A stretch of DNA of 64,000 nucleotides from an uncultured Bacillota bacterium (GTDB lineage: Bacteria > Bacillota > Limnochordia > Limnochordales > ZCTH02-B6), in the NCBI GenBank assembly GCA_937975235.1, contig CALJUZ010000106.1, forward strand, positions 67,218-131,217, given 5' to 3'. Within the stretch, counting starts at the first letter, position 1. Each line of letters opens with the position of its first letter. Both the position numbers and the translations under genes were made by a program. The notes under the pieces were generated by a model. That model was not told the origin of the DNA, did no database searches, and saw only the letters and a list, made by a program, of their open reading frames with translations. This document shows positions 37,110-46,136 of the stretch, piece by piece.

Positions 37110-38438
37110 GTGAAGCAGCTTCCCGTAGTCGCCTTGGTCGGCCGGCCCAACGTGGGCAAATCTTCCCTGTTCAACCGCCTCATCGGGCGCCGGGTCGCGA
37201 TCGTGGAGGATCAGCCCGGCATCACCCGCGATCGGCTCTACGGCCAGTGCCGCTGGCGCGACCGCGTCTTCACGGTGGTCGACACGGGCGGCATCGATCC
37301 GTACGCCACCGAAGACATCGCCGCGCAAAGCCGGGCTCAGGCCGAGATCGCCGTGGCCGAGGCCGACGTGGTCGTCCTGGTCGTCGACGGCCGCGAAGGC
37401 GTCCACCCGCTGGACGCCGAGGTGGCGGAGCTTCTGCGCCGCCGGGAAAAACCCGTCCTTCTGGCCGTCAACAAAATCGACAGCTACGGGCCCGATCAGG
37501 AAGCGGCGGTGCTGGAGTTTTACGAGCTGGGCCTGGGCGATCCCATCCCGGTCTCCGCGGAGCACGGCCGCAACACCGGCGAGCTGCTGGACCGGGTGCT
37601 GACGCTGCTGCCCGGGGACGGCGCGCCGGAAGAAGGCCCCGATCCTATCATGCTGGCCGTCATCGGCCGCCCCAACGTGGGCAAGTCGTCCCTGATCAAC
37701 GCGCTGGCCGGCGAGGAACGCTCCATCGTCAGCGACGTGCCGGGCACCACCCGCGACGTGGTGGACACGGCCATCGTCTGGGACGGCACGCCTTTCGTCC
37801 TCCTGGACACCGCGGGCCTGCGCCGCAAGTCCCGCATCGACACGCCGGTGGAGCGCTACAGCGTCGTGCGGGCCGTGCGGGCGGTGGAGCGGTGCGACGT
37901 GGCCGTGGCGGTGCTGGACGCGACCGAAGGCGTCACCGAGCAGGACAAGCGCATCATCGGCATCGCCCACGAGGCGGGCAAAGGGCTGGTCATCGCCGTC
38001 AACAAGTGGGACCTGGTGAAAAAGGACAGCCACACCATGGCGCGGCTGGAAAAGCAGTATCGGGAGGAGCTGGCCTTCGCGGACTACGCCCCGTACGCGT
38101 TCATTTCCGCCAAGACGGGGCAGCGCATCGACCGGGTGCTGGAGCTGGCCCGGGCCGCGGCCGAGTTTTCCGCGCTCAGGCTGCGCACCGGCCGGTTCAA
38201 CGAGGTACTGCAGGAAGCCGTGGCCCTCAGGCCGCCGCCGGCGGACAAAGGCGTGCAGCCCAAAATTTTCTACGGCTTTCAGGCCCGCGTCAAGCCGCCC
38301 GAGTTCGTGCTGTTCTGCAGCCACGCCGAGCGGCTCCACTTCTCGTACCTGCGCTATCTGGAAAACCAGGTGCGGGAGGCGTTCGGCTTCGTGGGCACGC
38401 CCATTCGCTTTCGGCTGCGCGATCGTCGAAAAACATGA
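37110..38438 (+). CDS. der: Ribosome-biogenesis GTPase Der (EngA)
   Basis: Two tandem G domains (GRPNVGKSSLFNRL...DTGG...NKID and GRPNVGKSSLINAL...DTAG...NKWD) plus a C-terminal KH-like domain. Confidence 0.95.
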   Translation: MKQLPVVALVGRPNVGKSSLFNRLIGRRVAIVEDQPGITRDRLYGQCRWRDRVFTVVDTGGIDPYATEDIAAQSRAQAEIAVAEADVVVLVVDGREGVHPLDAEVAELLRRREKPVLLAVNKIDSYGPDQEAAVLEFYELGLGDPIPVSAEHGRNTGELLDRVLTLLPGDGAPEEGPDPIMLAVIGRPNVGKSSLINALAGEERSIVSDVPGTTRDVVDTAIVWDGTPFVLLDTAGLRRKSRIDTPVERYSVVRAVRAVERCDVAVAVLDATEGVTEQDKRIIGIAHEAGKGLVIAVNKWDLVKKDSHTMARLEKQYREELAFADYAPYAFISAKTGQRIDRVLELARAAAEFSALRLRTGRFNEVLQEAVALRPPPADKGVQPKIFYGFQARVKPPEFVLFCSHAERLHFSYLRYLENQVREAFGFVGTPIRFRLRDRRKT

Positions 38439-38461
38439 TATAATTTGGGTCGGGTGACGAC

Positions 38462-39085
38462 ATGAACGGGACTGTTATTTCTGTTTTGTTTTTGCTGGGC
38501 TGTTACGTCGTCGGGTCCATTCCCTTCGGCTACCTGATCGGGCGCTTGACGGCGGGTATCGACGTGCGCAAAATCGGCAGCGGCAACATCGGCGCGACCA
38601 ACGTCATGCGCATATTAGGGCCTTTGCCGGCGTTGGTCGTCTTGTTTTTGGATGCGGCCAAAGGATGGTTGTGCGTCTGGCTGGCCATGCGGCTGGGCTT
38701 CAGCGACCCGCTCATCGCCGCGTCGGCCCTCGCGGTGGTGGCCGGCCACAACTGGTCGCTGTTTCTGAAGCTGAAGGGCGGCCGGGGCATCGCCACCGCC
38801 CTGGGCATTCTTCTCGGGTGGGCGCCTTACGTCGCGCTGGCTTTGGTGGGCGTGTTCGTCATCGTCGTCACCATCTCCCGCTACGTTTCGTTGGGATCCA
38901 TCATCGCGTCGGCCCTGCTGCCCATGGCGCTCTTCGTCAACGGCCTGCCCAAGGTCTACATCGCGGCCGGCTTCGTGCTGAGCGTCTGGTCCATCGTCCG
39001 CCACATCCCCAACATCCGCCGGCTTCTCAGCGGCACGGAAAGCCGCTTCGGCGCGCGGGTGCACCCGCCCGGGCCGTCGATGTGA
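38462..39085 (+). CDS. plsY: Glycerol-3-phosphate acyltransferase PlsY
   Basis: GSIPFGYLIGRL...GSGNIGATNVMR...AGHNWSLFLKLKGGRGIAT. 207 aa. Confidence 0.93.
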   Translation: MNGTVISVLFLLGCYVVGSIPFGYLIGRLTAGIDVRKIGSGNIGATNVMRILGPLPALVVLFLDAAKGWLCVWLAMRLGFSDPLIAASALAVVAGHNWSLFLKLKGGRGIATALGILLGWAPYVALALVGVFVIVVTISRYVSLGSIIASALLPMALFVNGLPKVYIAAGFVLSVWSIVRHIPNIRRLLSGTESRFGARVHPPGPSM

Positions 39086-39146
39086 CGCCGGGATAAACGG
39101 CCGGCCCTTCAGGCCGGATCCGCTCTCCGATGCCAGACCGCCTCCG

Positions 39147-39175
39147 AGCGGCGCCGAACCGGGCGCCGCTTTTTC
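39147..39175 (+). terminator. Intrinsic terminator after plsY
   Basis: AGCGGCGCC-GAACCG-GGCGCCGCT stem followed by TTTTT. Confidence 0.7.
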
Positions 39176-39260
39176 GTCGCGGTGATAATCCCCCCGGGCC
39201 CGGAATATCACTTGTAGCGGACGGCGGGCCGCGCCGGGCTAGGCCGAGGGGGGAGAGCGC

Positions 39261-40736
39261 GTGGAGAAGTTCGACCTCTTTCACGACATCGCCGCGCGTA
39301 CGGGCGGCAGCATTTACATCGGGGTGGTGGGCCCCGTACGCACCGGCAAGTCGACGTTTATCAAACGGTTCATGGATCTGCTGGTGCTGCCCCGCATCAA
39401 AGACGGCTACGACCGGCAGCGCACCCAGGACGAGCTGCCGCAGAGCGGCGCCGGGCGCACCATCATGACGACCCAGCCGCGGTTCGTCCCGGATCAGCCG
39501 GTGAGCATCGCGTTCAACGGCGCCACGGCGCGCGTCCGCCTGGTGGACTGCGTCGGCTACACGGTGCCGGGGGCGCGCGGCTACGAGGACGAGGACGGCC
39601 CCCGCATGGTGCGCACGCCGTGGTTCGAGGAGCAGATACCGTTTCAGCAGGCCGCGGAAATCGGCACCCGCAAAGTCATTGAGGACCACTCCACCATCGG
39701 CCTGGTGGTGACCACCGACGGCAGCGTCGCGGACTTGCCCCGGCAGGCGTACGTCGACGCGGAGGAGCGGGTGGTGGCCGAGCTGAAAGCGCTGGGCAAG
39801 CCGTTCCTGGTGCTGCTGAACGCGGTGGAGCCGGACTCGGGCGCGGTGCGGCAGCTGGCCGACGAGCTGTCGGAGAAGTACGGCGTGGCCGTGGTGCCGG
39901 TGAACTGTCTGCGCATGAGCCAGCAGGATTTGCTGGACGTGCTGCACGAGATTCTGTTCGAGTTTCCGGTGCGGGAAGTGTCCCTGCGGCTGCCCGACTG
40001 GGTGGAGGAGCTGGACGAGGACCACCCGCTGCGGCGCCAGTTTCTCGAGGCCGCGTGGGAGACGGTGGCGCCCGTTCAGCGGCTGCGGGACATGGACGAC
40101 GCGGTGCAGGCGCTGGCCGGCTTTGACTTCGTCGACAAAGTGACCCTGGTCCGGATGGAGCTGGGGGAGGGGACGGCCACCGTGCGCCTGGGCACCCGCC
40201 GCAGCCTCTTCTACAAAGTGCTGGCGGAGATGACCGGCTTCGAGGTGGAGGGCGACCACCACCTGGTGCGTCTCATGAAAGAGCTGGCGGTGGCCAAGCG
40301 CGAGTACGACAAGGTGGCCGCCGCGCTGGCGGAAGTGTACGACATGGGCTACGGCATCGTGACGCCCACGCTGGAGGACATCGCCTTCGACGATCCGGAA
40401 ATCATCCGCCAGGGCGGGCGGTTCGGAGTGAAGCTCAAGGCCGGCGCGCCGTCCATTCACATGGTGCGGGCCAATATTTACACCGAGGTCACGCCCTTCG
40501 TGGGCACCGAAAAGCAGGGCGAAGAGCTGGCCCGCTACCTGACCGAGGAGTTCGAGAAAGACCCCAGCCGCGTCTGGAACTCGGACTTCCTGGGCAAGTC
40601 GCTGCAGGAGCTGGTGCGGGAGGGCATCCAGAGCAAGCTGCACCGCATGCCCGAGCACGCCCAGAAAAAGCTTCAGGAGACGCTGACGAAAATCGTCAAC
40701 GAGGGCAGCGGCGGGCTCATCTGCATCATCTTGTGA
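39261..40736 (+). CDS. spoIVA: Stage IV sporulation protein A (spore coat basement-layer ATPase)
   Basis: 491 aa. MEKFDLFHDIAARTGGSIYIGVVGPVRTGKSTFIKRFMDLLVLP is the SpoIVA N-terminus with its Walker A motif. The protein is colinear to the C-terminal ...GSGGLICIIL. Confidence 0.95.
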   Translation: MEKFDLFHDIAARTGGSIYIGVVGPVRTGKSTFIKRFMDLLVLPRIKDGYDRQRTQDELPQSGAGRTIMTTQPRFVPDQPVSIAFNGATARVRLVDCVGYTVPGARGYEDEDGPRMVRTPWFEEQIPFQQAAEIGTRKVIEDHSTIGLVVTTDGSVADLPRQAYVDAEERVVAELKALGKPFLVLLNAVEPDSGAVRQLADELSEKYGVAVVPVNCLRMSQQDLLDVLHEILFEFPVREVSLRLPDWVEELDEDHPLRRQFLEAAWETVAPVQRLRDMDDAVQALAGFDFVDKVTLVRMELGEGTATVRLGTRRSLFYKVLAEMTGFEVEGDHHLVRLMKELAVAKREYDKVAAALAEVYDMGYGIVTPTLEDIAFDDPEIIRQGGRFGVKLKAGAPSIHMVRANIYTEVTPFVGTEKQGEELARYLTEEFEKDPSRVWNSDFLGKSLQELVREGIQSKLHRMPEHAQKKLQETLTKIVNEGSGGLICIIL

Positions 40737-40785
40737 AATTCGTCGGGAAATTGAATGTTTTTTCTGCAAAGGCCGGCAGGAATGA

Positions 40786-40833
40786 GCCGCATGGGGGCGA
40801 AGGAACGCCCGTATGCGGCTTTCGGCCTTTTTT
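40786..40833 (+). terminator. Probable terminator after spoIVA
   Basis: An imperfect stem, GCCGCATGGGGGCG...CGCCCGTATGCGGC, is followed by TTTCGGCCTTTTTT. Confidence 0.5.
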
Positions 40834-40964
40834 GCTATTCTGCTCATAATTTGAGCGGGATGCGGACAACATACCCTTCCGGTCACGATTCGCGGCGGCC
40901 GCCCGCCGGCGGGCGCGCCGCGGATGGACGGGCTGTTTCGGAGCCGGGGAAGGGGGTGAATAAG

Positions 40965-41240
40965 ATGACGAAGGCGGATCTGATTGATCAGGTCGCGGCG
41001 CGCAGCGGGCTGACGAAGAAGGCGGCCGGACAGGCGGTGGACGCGCTGTTCGAGTCGGTGACGGAGGCCCTCGCGGCCGGCCAGCGGGTGCAAATCGTCG
41101 GTTTCGGCACGTTTGAGGTGCGGGAACGGGCGGCCCGGCGGGGGCGCAACCCCCAGACCGGGCAGGAGATCGAAATCTCCGCGCGCAAAGTGCCCGCGTT
41201 TAAGGCGGGAAAGGCGCTCAAAGACGCCGTAGGTCGGTAG
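40965..41240 (+). CDS. hup: DNA-binding protein HU
   Basis: 91 aa: [32 protein letters not shown]...[25 protein letters not shown]...[27 protein letters not shown] lies upstream. Confidence 0.93.
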   Translation: MTKADLIDQVAARSGLTKKAAGQAVDALFESVTEALAAGQRVQIVGFGTFEVRERAARRGRNPQTGQEIEISARKVPAFKAGKALKDAVGR

Positions 41241-41264
41241 GGGAAACGTTCCGCGTTGATTTGA

Positions 41265-41310
41265 GGCATCGGCGGCGCGCACGGGGTGTATGCGCACGGC
41301 GGTGCCTTTT
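41265..41310 (+). terminator. Probable terminator after hup
   Basis: A long imperfect GC stem (GGCATCGGCGGCGCGCA...TGCGCACGGCGGTGCC) is followed by TTTT. Confidence 0.45.
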
Positions 41311-41326
41311 CTCGTTCCTTTTCCCG

Positions 41327-41335
41327 TGCTATAAT
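41327..41335 (+). promoter_or_regulatory. Extended -10 element (TGcTATAAT) upstream of hom
   Basis: TGCTATAAT lies ~60 nt upstream of the hom GTG. No clear -35 was found. Confidence 0.45.
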
Positions 41336-41394
41336 CTTGAACTATATAATTGCACTCACTTTTCCGGTTTCCGGCGTGTAGGAGGAAAGCGCGA

Positions 41395-42687
41395 GTGAAA
41401 CGACCTGTAGGAGTCGGTCTTCTGGGCTGCGGCACCGTGGGCGCCGGCGTCGCGTCGATTTTGCAGGCCAACGGCGGGCGCATCGCGGGACGGGCCGGCG
41501 GGCCCGTGGAGCTGCGGAAGGTGGCGGTGCGGGACGTGAACAAGCCGCGGGAGGCGGCCATCCCGCCCGGCCTTTTGACCGGCGACCCGTGGGCCGTCGT
41601 GGAGGACCCGGAAGTCGACGTGGTCGTGGAACTCATAGGCGGCGTGGAGCCGGCCCGGGAGCTGATCAGCGAGGCGCTGCGGCGGGGCAAGCCGGTGGTC
41701 ACGGCCAACAAAGAAGTGCTGGCCCGCCACGGCGCGGAACTGCTGGCGCTGGCGGCGCGGCACGGCGCCCATCTTATGTTTGAAGGCAGCGTCGCGGGCG
41801 GCATCCCCATCATCAAGCCGCTGCAGGAGTGTCTCGCGGCCAACCGCGTGCAGTCGATCATGGGCATTATCAACGGCACCACCAATTACGTGCTGACGGG
41901 CATGAGCCGCCGCGGCGTCGACTTCGAGACGGCCCTGCGGGAAGCCCAGGCCTTGGGATACGCGGAGGCCGATCCGTCCTCCGACGTGGAAGGCTACGAC
42001 GCCGCGTTCAAAATCGCGATTTTGGCGTCCCTGGCCTTCGAGACGGCGGTGCGGGTGGAGGACGTGTACTGCGAGGGCATCTCCCGCATCACGCCCGCGG
42101 ACATTGAATACGGCCGGGAGCTGGGCTACACGGTGAAGCTGCTGGCCATCGCCCGGGAGGAGGAGGGCCGGCTGGACGTGCGGGTGCATCCTACGTTCAT
42201 TCCCGATTCGCACCCCTTGGCGGCGGTGAGCGACGTGTTCAACGCGATTTTCGTCCAGGGCGACGCGGTGGGCGAGCTGATGTTTTACGGCCGGGGCGCG
42301 GGCGGCCTGCCCACGGGCAGCGCGGTGGTCGCGGACATCATGGAGGCCGCCCGGCGCCTGCGGCGGGGCGGAAACGGCCTCGCGCCGGGGCCCCGCCGGG
42401 ACCTGCCGGTGAAACCCGTGGAGGAGACGGTCTCCCGCTTCTACGTCTCGCTGCGGGTGGTGGACCGGCCCGGGGTTCTGGCGGCCATCGCCGGCGCGTT
42501 CGGGCGCCACGGCGTCAGCATCAACTCGGTCATCCAGAAGGGCCGCTTTGAAGACCCGATCGACCTGGTCTTCGTCACCCACGAAGTGCAGGAAGCCCAT
42601 CTGCGGCGGGCGCTGGCGGAAATCGACCAGCTGGACGTGGTGCGGAACATCGGCAACGTCATCCGCGTGGAGGGACCCGACGCATGA
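41395..42687 (+). CDS. hom: Homoserine dehydrogenase (with C-terminal ACT domain)
   Basis: The GTG at 41395 has GGAGGA 8 nt upstream. Motifs are [30 protein letters not shown] and NGTTNY. The C-terminal ACT domain begins [14 protein letters not shown]. Confidence 0.93.
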   Translation: MKRPVGVGLLGCGTVGAGVASILQANGGRIAGRAGGPVELRKVAVRDVNKPREAAIPPGLLTGDPWAVVEDPEVDVVVELIGGVEPARELISEALRRGKPVVTANKEVLARHGAELLALAARHGAHLMFEGSVAGGIPIIKPLQECLAANRVQSIMGIINGTTNYVLTGMSRRGVDFETALREAQALGYAEADPSSDVEGYDAAFKIAILASLAFETAVRVEDVYCEGISRITPADIEYGRELGYTVKLLAIAREEEGRLDVRVHPTFIPDSHPLAAVSDVFNAIFVQGDAVGELMFYGRGAGGLPTGSAVVADIMEAARRLRRGGNGLAPGPRRDLPVKPVEETVSRFYVSLRVVDRPGVLAAIAGAFGRHGVSINSVIQKGRFEDPIDLVFVTHEVQEAHLRRALAEIDQLDVVRNIGNVIRVEGPDA

Positions 42688-42701
42688 GGGAGGACGTGAC
42701 C

Positions 42702-43757
42702 ATGGCGGGACGGCGCGGCGTCATCGCCCGCTACGGCAGGTTTTTGCCGCTGGCGGCGGAAGGGCCGGTGGTGACGCTGGGCGAGGGCGACACGCCCCTT
42801 CTGCCCGCGCCGCGGCTGGCCCGGGAGCTGGGAATCGCGGCGGAACTGTACCTCAAATACGAGGGCGCCAACCCGACGGGGTCGTTCAAAGATCGCGGCA
42901 TGACCGTGGCCGTGACCGACGCGCTGCGGCGGGGGGCGACGGCCGTCATCTGCGCGTCCACGGGCAACACGTCCGCGTCCGCGGCCGCGTACGCGGCCCG
43001 GGCCGGACTGCGCTGTTTCGTGCTTATCCCGAAAGGCGCGGTGGCAGCCGGGAAGCTGGCCCAGACCATGATGCTGGGCGCCCGGGTCATTGAGATCGAG
43101 GGCAATTTCGACCAGGCCCTGGACCTGGTCCGCCAGGCCGGCGGCGACCGGGTGGCCGTCGTTAATTCCATCAACCCGTACCGGCTGCAGGGGCAGAAAA
43201 CGGCCGCCTTCGAAATCGTCGACCAGCTGGGCGACGCGCCGGACTTTCTCGCGCTGCCGGTGGGCAACGCGGGCAACATCACCGCGTACTGGATGGGCTT
43301 CCGAGAATATTATGAGGCGGGCAGGAGCTCGCGGCTGCCCCGCATGCTGGGTTTTCAGGCCGAGGGCGCGGCGCCGCTGGTGGAAGGCCGGCCCGTGGAA
43401 CGGCCGGAGACGGTGGCCACCGCCATCCGCATCGGCCGGCCCGCCAGCCGGGACGGGGCCCTCGCGGCCCGGGACGAGTCCGGCGGTCTCATCGACAAAG
43501 TGAGCGACGCGGAAATTTTGCACGCGTACCGGCTGACGGCCAGGCTTGAAGGCGTCTTTTGCGAGCCGGCGTCGGCGGCGTCCGTCGCGGGCGTGGCAAA
43601 GCTGGCTCAACAAGGCTTCTTCCGGGCGGGACAGCGGGTCGTCTGCGTGCTGACCGGCCACGGGCTCAAAGATCCCGACAACGCGGCGGCCCACGGACAG
43701 CCGCCGGTGTCGGTGCCGGCCGACGAGGCGGCGCTGCGGCGGGTGCTGACGCCATGA
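42702..43757 (+). CDS. thrC: Threonine synthase
   Basis: ATG at 42702 is preferred (GAGGGAGGA 7 nt upstream). An alternative ATG at 42684 overlaps the hom stop. Motifs are [20 protein letters not shown] (PLP lysine) and ASTGNTSAS. Confidence 0.93.
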   Translation: MAGRRGVIARYGRFLPLAAEGPVVTLGEGDTPLLPAPRLARELGIAAELYLKYEGANPTGSFKDRGMTVAVTDALRRGATAVICASTGNTSASAAAYAARAGLRCFVLIPKGAVAAGKLAQTMMLGARVIEIEGNFDQALDLVRQAGGDRVAVVNSINPYRLQGQKTAAFEIVDQLGDAPDFLALPVGNAGNITAYWMGFREYYEAGRSSRLPRMLGFQAEGAAPLVEGRPVERPETVATAIRIGRPASRDGALAARDESGGLIDKVSDAEILHAYRLTARLEGVFCEPASAASVAGVAKLAQQGFFRAGQRVVCVLTGHGLKDPDNAAAHGQPPVSVPADEAALRRVLTP

Positions 43758-44770
43758 AGGGCGTATCGGCAGGTCCCGTGGCGGTGCGCGTGCCGGCCAC
43801 GACGGCCAACTTAGGTCCCGGGTTCGACGCGCTGGGCATGGCGTTGTCGCTCTACAACCGCTTCGAGGTGGAGCGGCTGCCGGCCGGGTACGTGGTGGAA
43901 ACCGCACCGCCGGCAGGCGCGGCGGCCGGCGCGGTGCCGGGCGCCGGCGCCGGGGCGCAGCTGCCCCAGGGCGCGGACAATCTGGTCATCCAGGCCGCGG
44001 AGACGGCTTGGCGGGCCATGGACCTGCCGCCTTCGGGCTGGCGGGTGCGGGTGCGGGCGGAAATCCCGCTGGGATCGGGGCTGGGCAGCTCGGCCACGGC
44101 CATCGTGGGCGGCGTCGTGGCCGCCAACGCGCTGGCGGGCGGCCGCTTGTCCCGGGAAGAGATGCTGGACATCGCGGTGCGGCTGGAAGGCCATCCGGAC
44201 AACGTGACGCCGGCGCTTTTGGGCGGCTTTACCGTCGCGGTCATGGACGGGCCGCCGGGCGGCCCGGACCCGGCCGCCCGCGGCGGCCCCGCCCGGGAGC
44301 CGTCGGTGGTGTGGCAGCGGTTCGAGGTGCGCCACGTGGACGTGGTGGTGGCCGTGCCCGACCAGCCCCTGGCCACGGGGCGCTCCCGCCGGGCGCTGCC
44401 GGAGACGGTGCCGTACGCCGACGCGGTGTTCAACGTGGGCCGGGCCAGCCTGCTGACGGCCGCGATGGCCGCCGGGGACGCGGCGGCCATGGCCGTGGCG
44501 CTGGAAGACCGTCTGCACCAGCCGTACCGGGCGCCTTTGGTGCCCGGCTTCTACGACGTGGTGCGGGCGGCCAGGCGGGAGGGGGCCATCGGCGCGGCGC
44601 TCAGCGGCGCGGGGCCGTCGGTGGTGGCCTTTGTGCCCGCGGGCGCCCGGGCGGAGCCCATCGGCATCGCGATGGTGGCGGCGTTTCGCGAGGCGGGCAT
44701 CGGCGCCCACTGGCTGGCGCTGCGGCCCGACGCCGAAGGCGCAGTGATCGAGGGAGAGGCGACGCGATGA
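43754..44770 (+). CDS. thrB: Homoserine kinase
   Basis: [16 protein letters not shown] and [15 protein letters not shown] (GHMP kinase motif). The ATG overlaps the thrC stop (ATGA). It contains Ala/Gly/Pro-rich insertions. Confidence 0.9.
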   Translation: MKGVSAGPVAVRVPATTANLGPGFDALGMALSLYNRFEVERLPAGYVVETAPPAGAAAGAVPGAGAGAQLPQGADNLVIQAAETAWRAMDLPPSGWRVRVRAEIPLGSGLGSSATAIVGGVVAANALAGGRLSREEMLDIAVRLEGHPDNVTPALLGGFTVAVMDGPPGGPDPAARGGPAREPSVVWQRFEVRHVDVVVAVPDQPLATGRSRRALPETVPYADAVFNVGRASLLTAAMAAGDAAAMAVALEDRLHQPYRAPLVPGFYDVVRAARREGAIGAALSGAGPSVVAFVPAGARAEPIGIAMVAAFREAGIGAHWLALRPDAEGAVIEGEATR

Positions 44771-46056
44771 ATTTGGTCGTGCAAAAATACGGCGGGTCGT
44801 CGGTCGCGACGCCCGAGCGCGTCAAAGCCGTGGCCCGGCGCATCGTGGAGGCCAAGAGGGCGGGCCGGGACGTGGTCGCGGTGGTGTCGGCCATGGGCGA
44901 CACCACCGACGAGCTCATCGCTCTGGCCCACCAGGTGAGCCCGGCGCCTCCCCGCCGGGAGCTGGACATGCTGCTGGCCACGGGCGAGCAGATGTCGAGC
45001 GCGCTGCTGGCCATGGCCATTCACGATCTGGGCGAAGCCGTCGTGTCCCTGACGGGACCGCAGGTGGGCATCATCACCGACGGCACCCATACGAAAGCGA
45101 AAATTTTGCGCATCGACCCGAGCCGGGTGCGCCGGGAGCTGGCCCGGGGCAAGATCGCCATCGTGGCGGGATTCCAGGGACAGAGCCTGGACGAATCCGA
45201 CATCACCACCCTGGGGCGGGGCGGCTCGGACACGACGGCCGTCGCGCTGGCCGCGGCACTGGGCGCGGACGTGTGCGAAATTTACACCGACGTCGAAGGC
45301 GTGTTCACCGCGGACCCGCGGGTGGTGCCCCAAGCCCGCAAGCTGCGGGACATCTCCTACGGCGAGATGCTGGAGATGGCCAGCCTGGGCGCGCTGGTGC
45401 TGCAGCCCCGCAGCGTCGAGGTGGCGTCGGTGTACGGCGTCACCATCCACGTCCGCTCCAGCTTCAGCGACGCGGAAGGGACGTACGTAAGGGGAGAAAA
45501 GCACATGGAGAAAGACATGGTGGTCGTCGGCGTCGCGCACGACACCAACGTGGCGAAAGTGGTGGTCACCGACGTGCCCGACAAGCCCGGCGTGGCGGCG
45601 CGGCTGTTCACGGCGCTGGCCGGCGAGCACATCAACGTCGACATGATCGTCCAGACGACCAAGCAGGAAAACACCACGGACATGCTGTTCACCGTCACCC
45701 GGGACGATTTGCCGAAGACGCTGGAAGTGGCCGAAGCGGTGGCCCGCGACCTGGGCGCCACGGGCGTGCTGCACGCCACGGGGCTGGGGAAAGTGTCCAT
45801 CGTCGGCGCAGGCATGGTCAGCAACCCGGGCGTGGCCGCCCGCATGTTCCAGGCGCTGGCCGACAACGGCATCAACATCCAGGTCATCTCCACGTCGGAA
45901 ATCAAAGTGTCCTGCCTGATTGACCTGGACGCGGTGCCCGCAGCGGTGCGGGCCATCCACGACGCCTTCCGCCTGGGCGAAGCGCCGGGCGATGCCGCCG
46001 GGGTCCCGGACGGATCCGCGGAGACGCCCGCAGGGCCCGCCGGCGCCCGCGCATGA
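44767..46056 (+). CDS. lysC: Aspartate kinase (two C-terminal ACT domains)
   Basis: [14 protein letters not shown]..., [24 protein letters not shown]. The ATG overlaps the thrB stop (ATGA). An internal in-frame ATG at 45505 has its own SD. Confidence 0.93.
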   Translation: MNLVVQKYGGSSVATPERVKAVARRIVEAKRAGRDVVAVVSAMGDTTDELIALAHQVSPAPPRRELDMLLATGEQMSSALLAMAIHDLGEAVVSLTGPQVGIITDGTHTKAKILRIDPSRVRRELARGKIAIVAGFQGQSLDESDITTLGRGGSDTTAVALAAALGADVCEIYTDVEGVFTADPRVVPQARKLRDISYGEMLEMASLGALVLQPRSVEVASVYGVTIHVRSSFSDAEGTYVRGEKHMEKDMVVVGVAHDTNVAKVVVTDVPDKPGVAARLFTALAGEHINVDMIVQTTKQENTTDMLFTVTRDDLPKTLEVAEAVARDLGATGVLHATGLGKVSIVGAGMVSNPGVAARMFQALADNGINIQVISTSEIKVSCLIDLDAVPAAVRAIHDAFRLGEAPGDAAGVPDGSAETPAGPAGARA

Positions 46057-46136
46057 CAAAACGGCCATCGCGGCCGACGCCGCGAAGGCCGGCATGCATC
46101 TCACGGGCCCCCCGTCTCCGGCGGCGGGCCGGCGCC

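Noticed and set aside
39176-39260. Sigma-E promoter for spoIVA
   Set aside because: It is expected from Bacillus biology, but the sequence (…GTGATAATCCCCCCGGGCCCGGAATATCACTTGTAGCGG…) does not give a convincing match to the ATATT...CATACA-T pattern at the proper spacing. It is therefore not reported as a feature.
40837-40850. Promoter for hup (TTGCTA ... CATAAT)
   Set aside because: The hexamers are only 8 nt apart, and alternative -35 choices are poor. A promoter must exist in 40834-40900, but I cannot place it.
41241-41394. T-box, lysine riboswitch or Thr leader peptide ahead of the hom-thrC-thrB-lysC operon
   Set aside because: After subtracting the hup terminator and the -10 element, the spacer is too short. 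No T-box sequence (GGTGGTACCGCG-like) and no Thr/Ile-rich mini-ORF were seen.
39027-41885. 952-aa ORF on the minus strand
   Set aside because: It is antisense to spoIVA, hup and the start of hom, and it crosses two intergenic regions with terminators. It is a shadow ORF.
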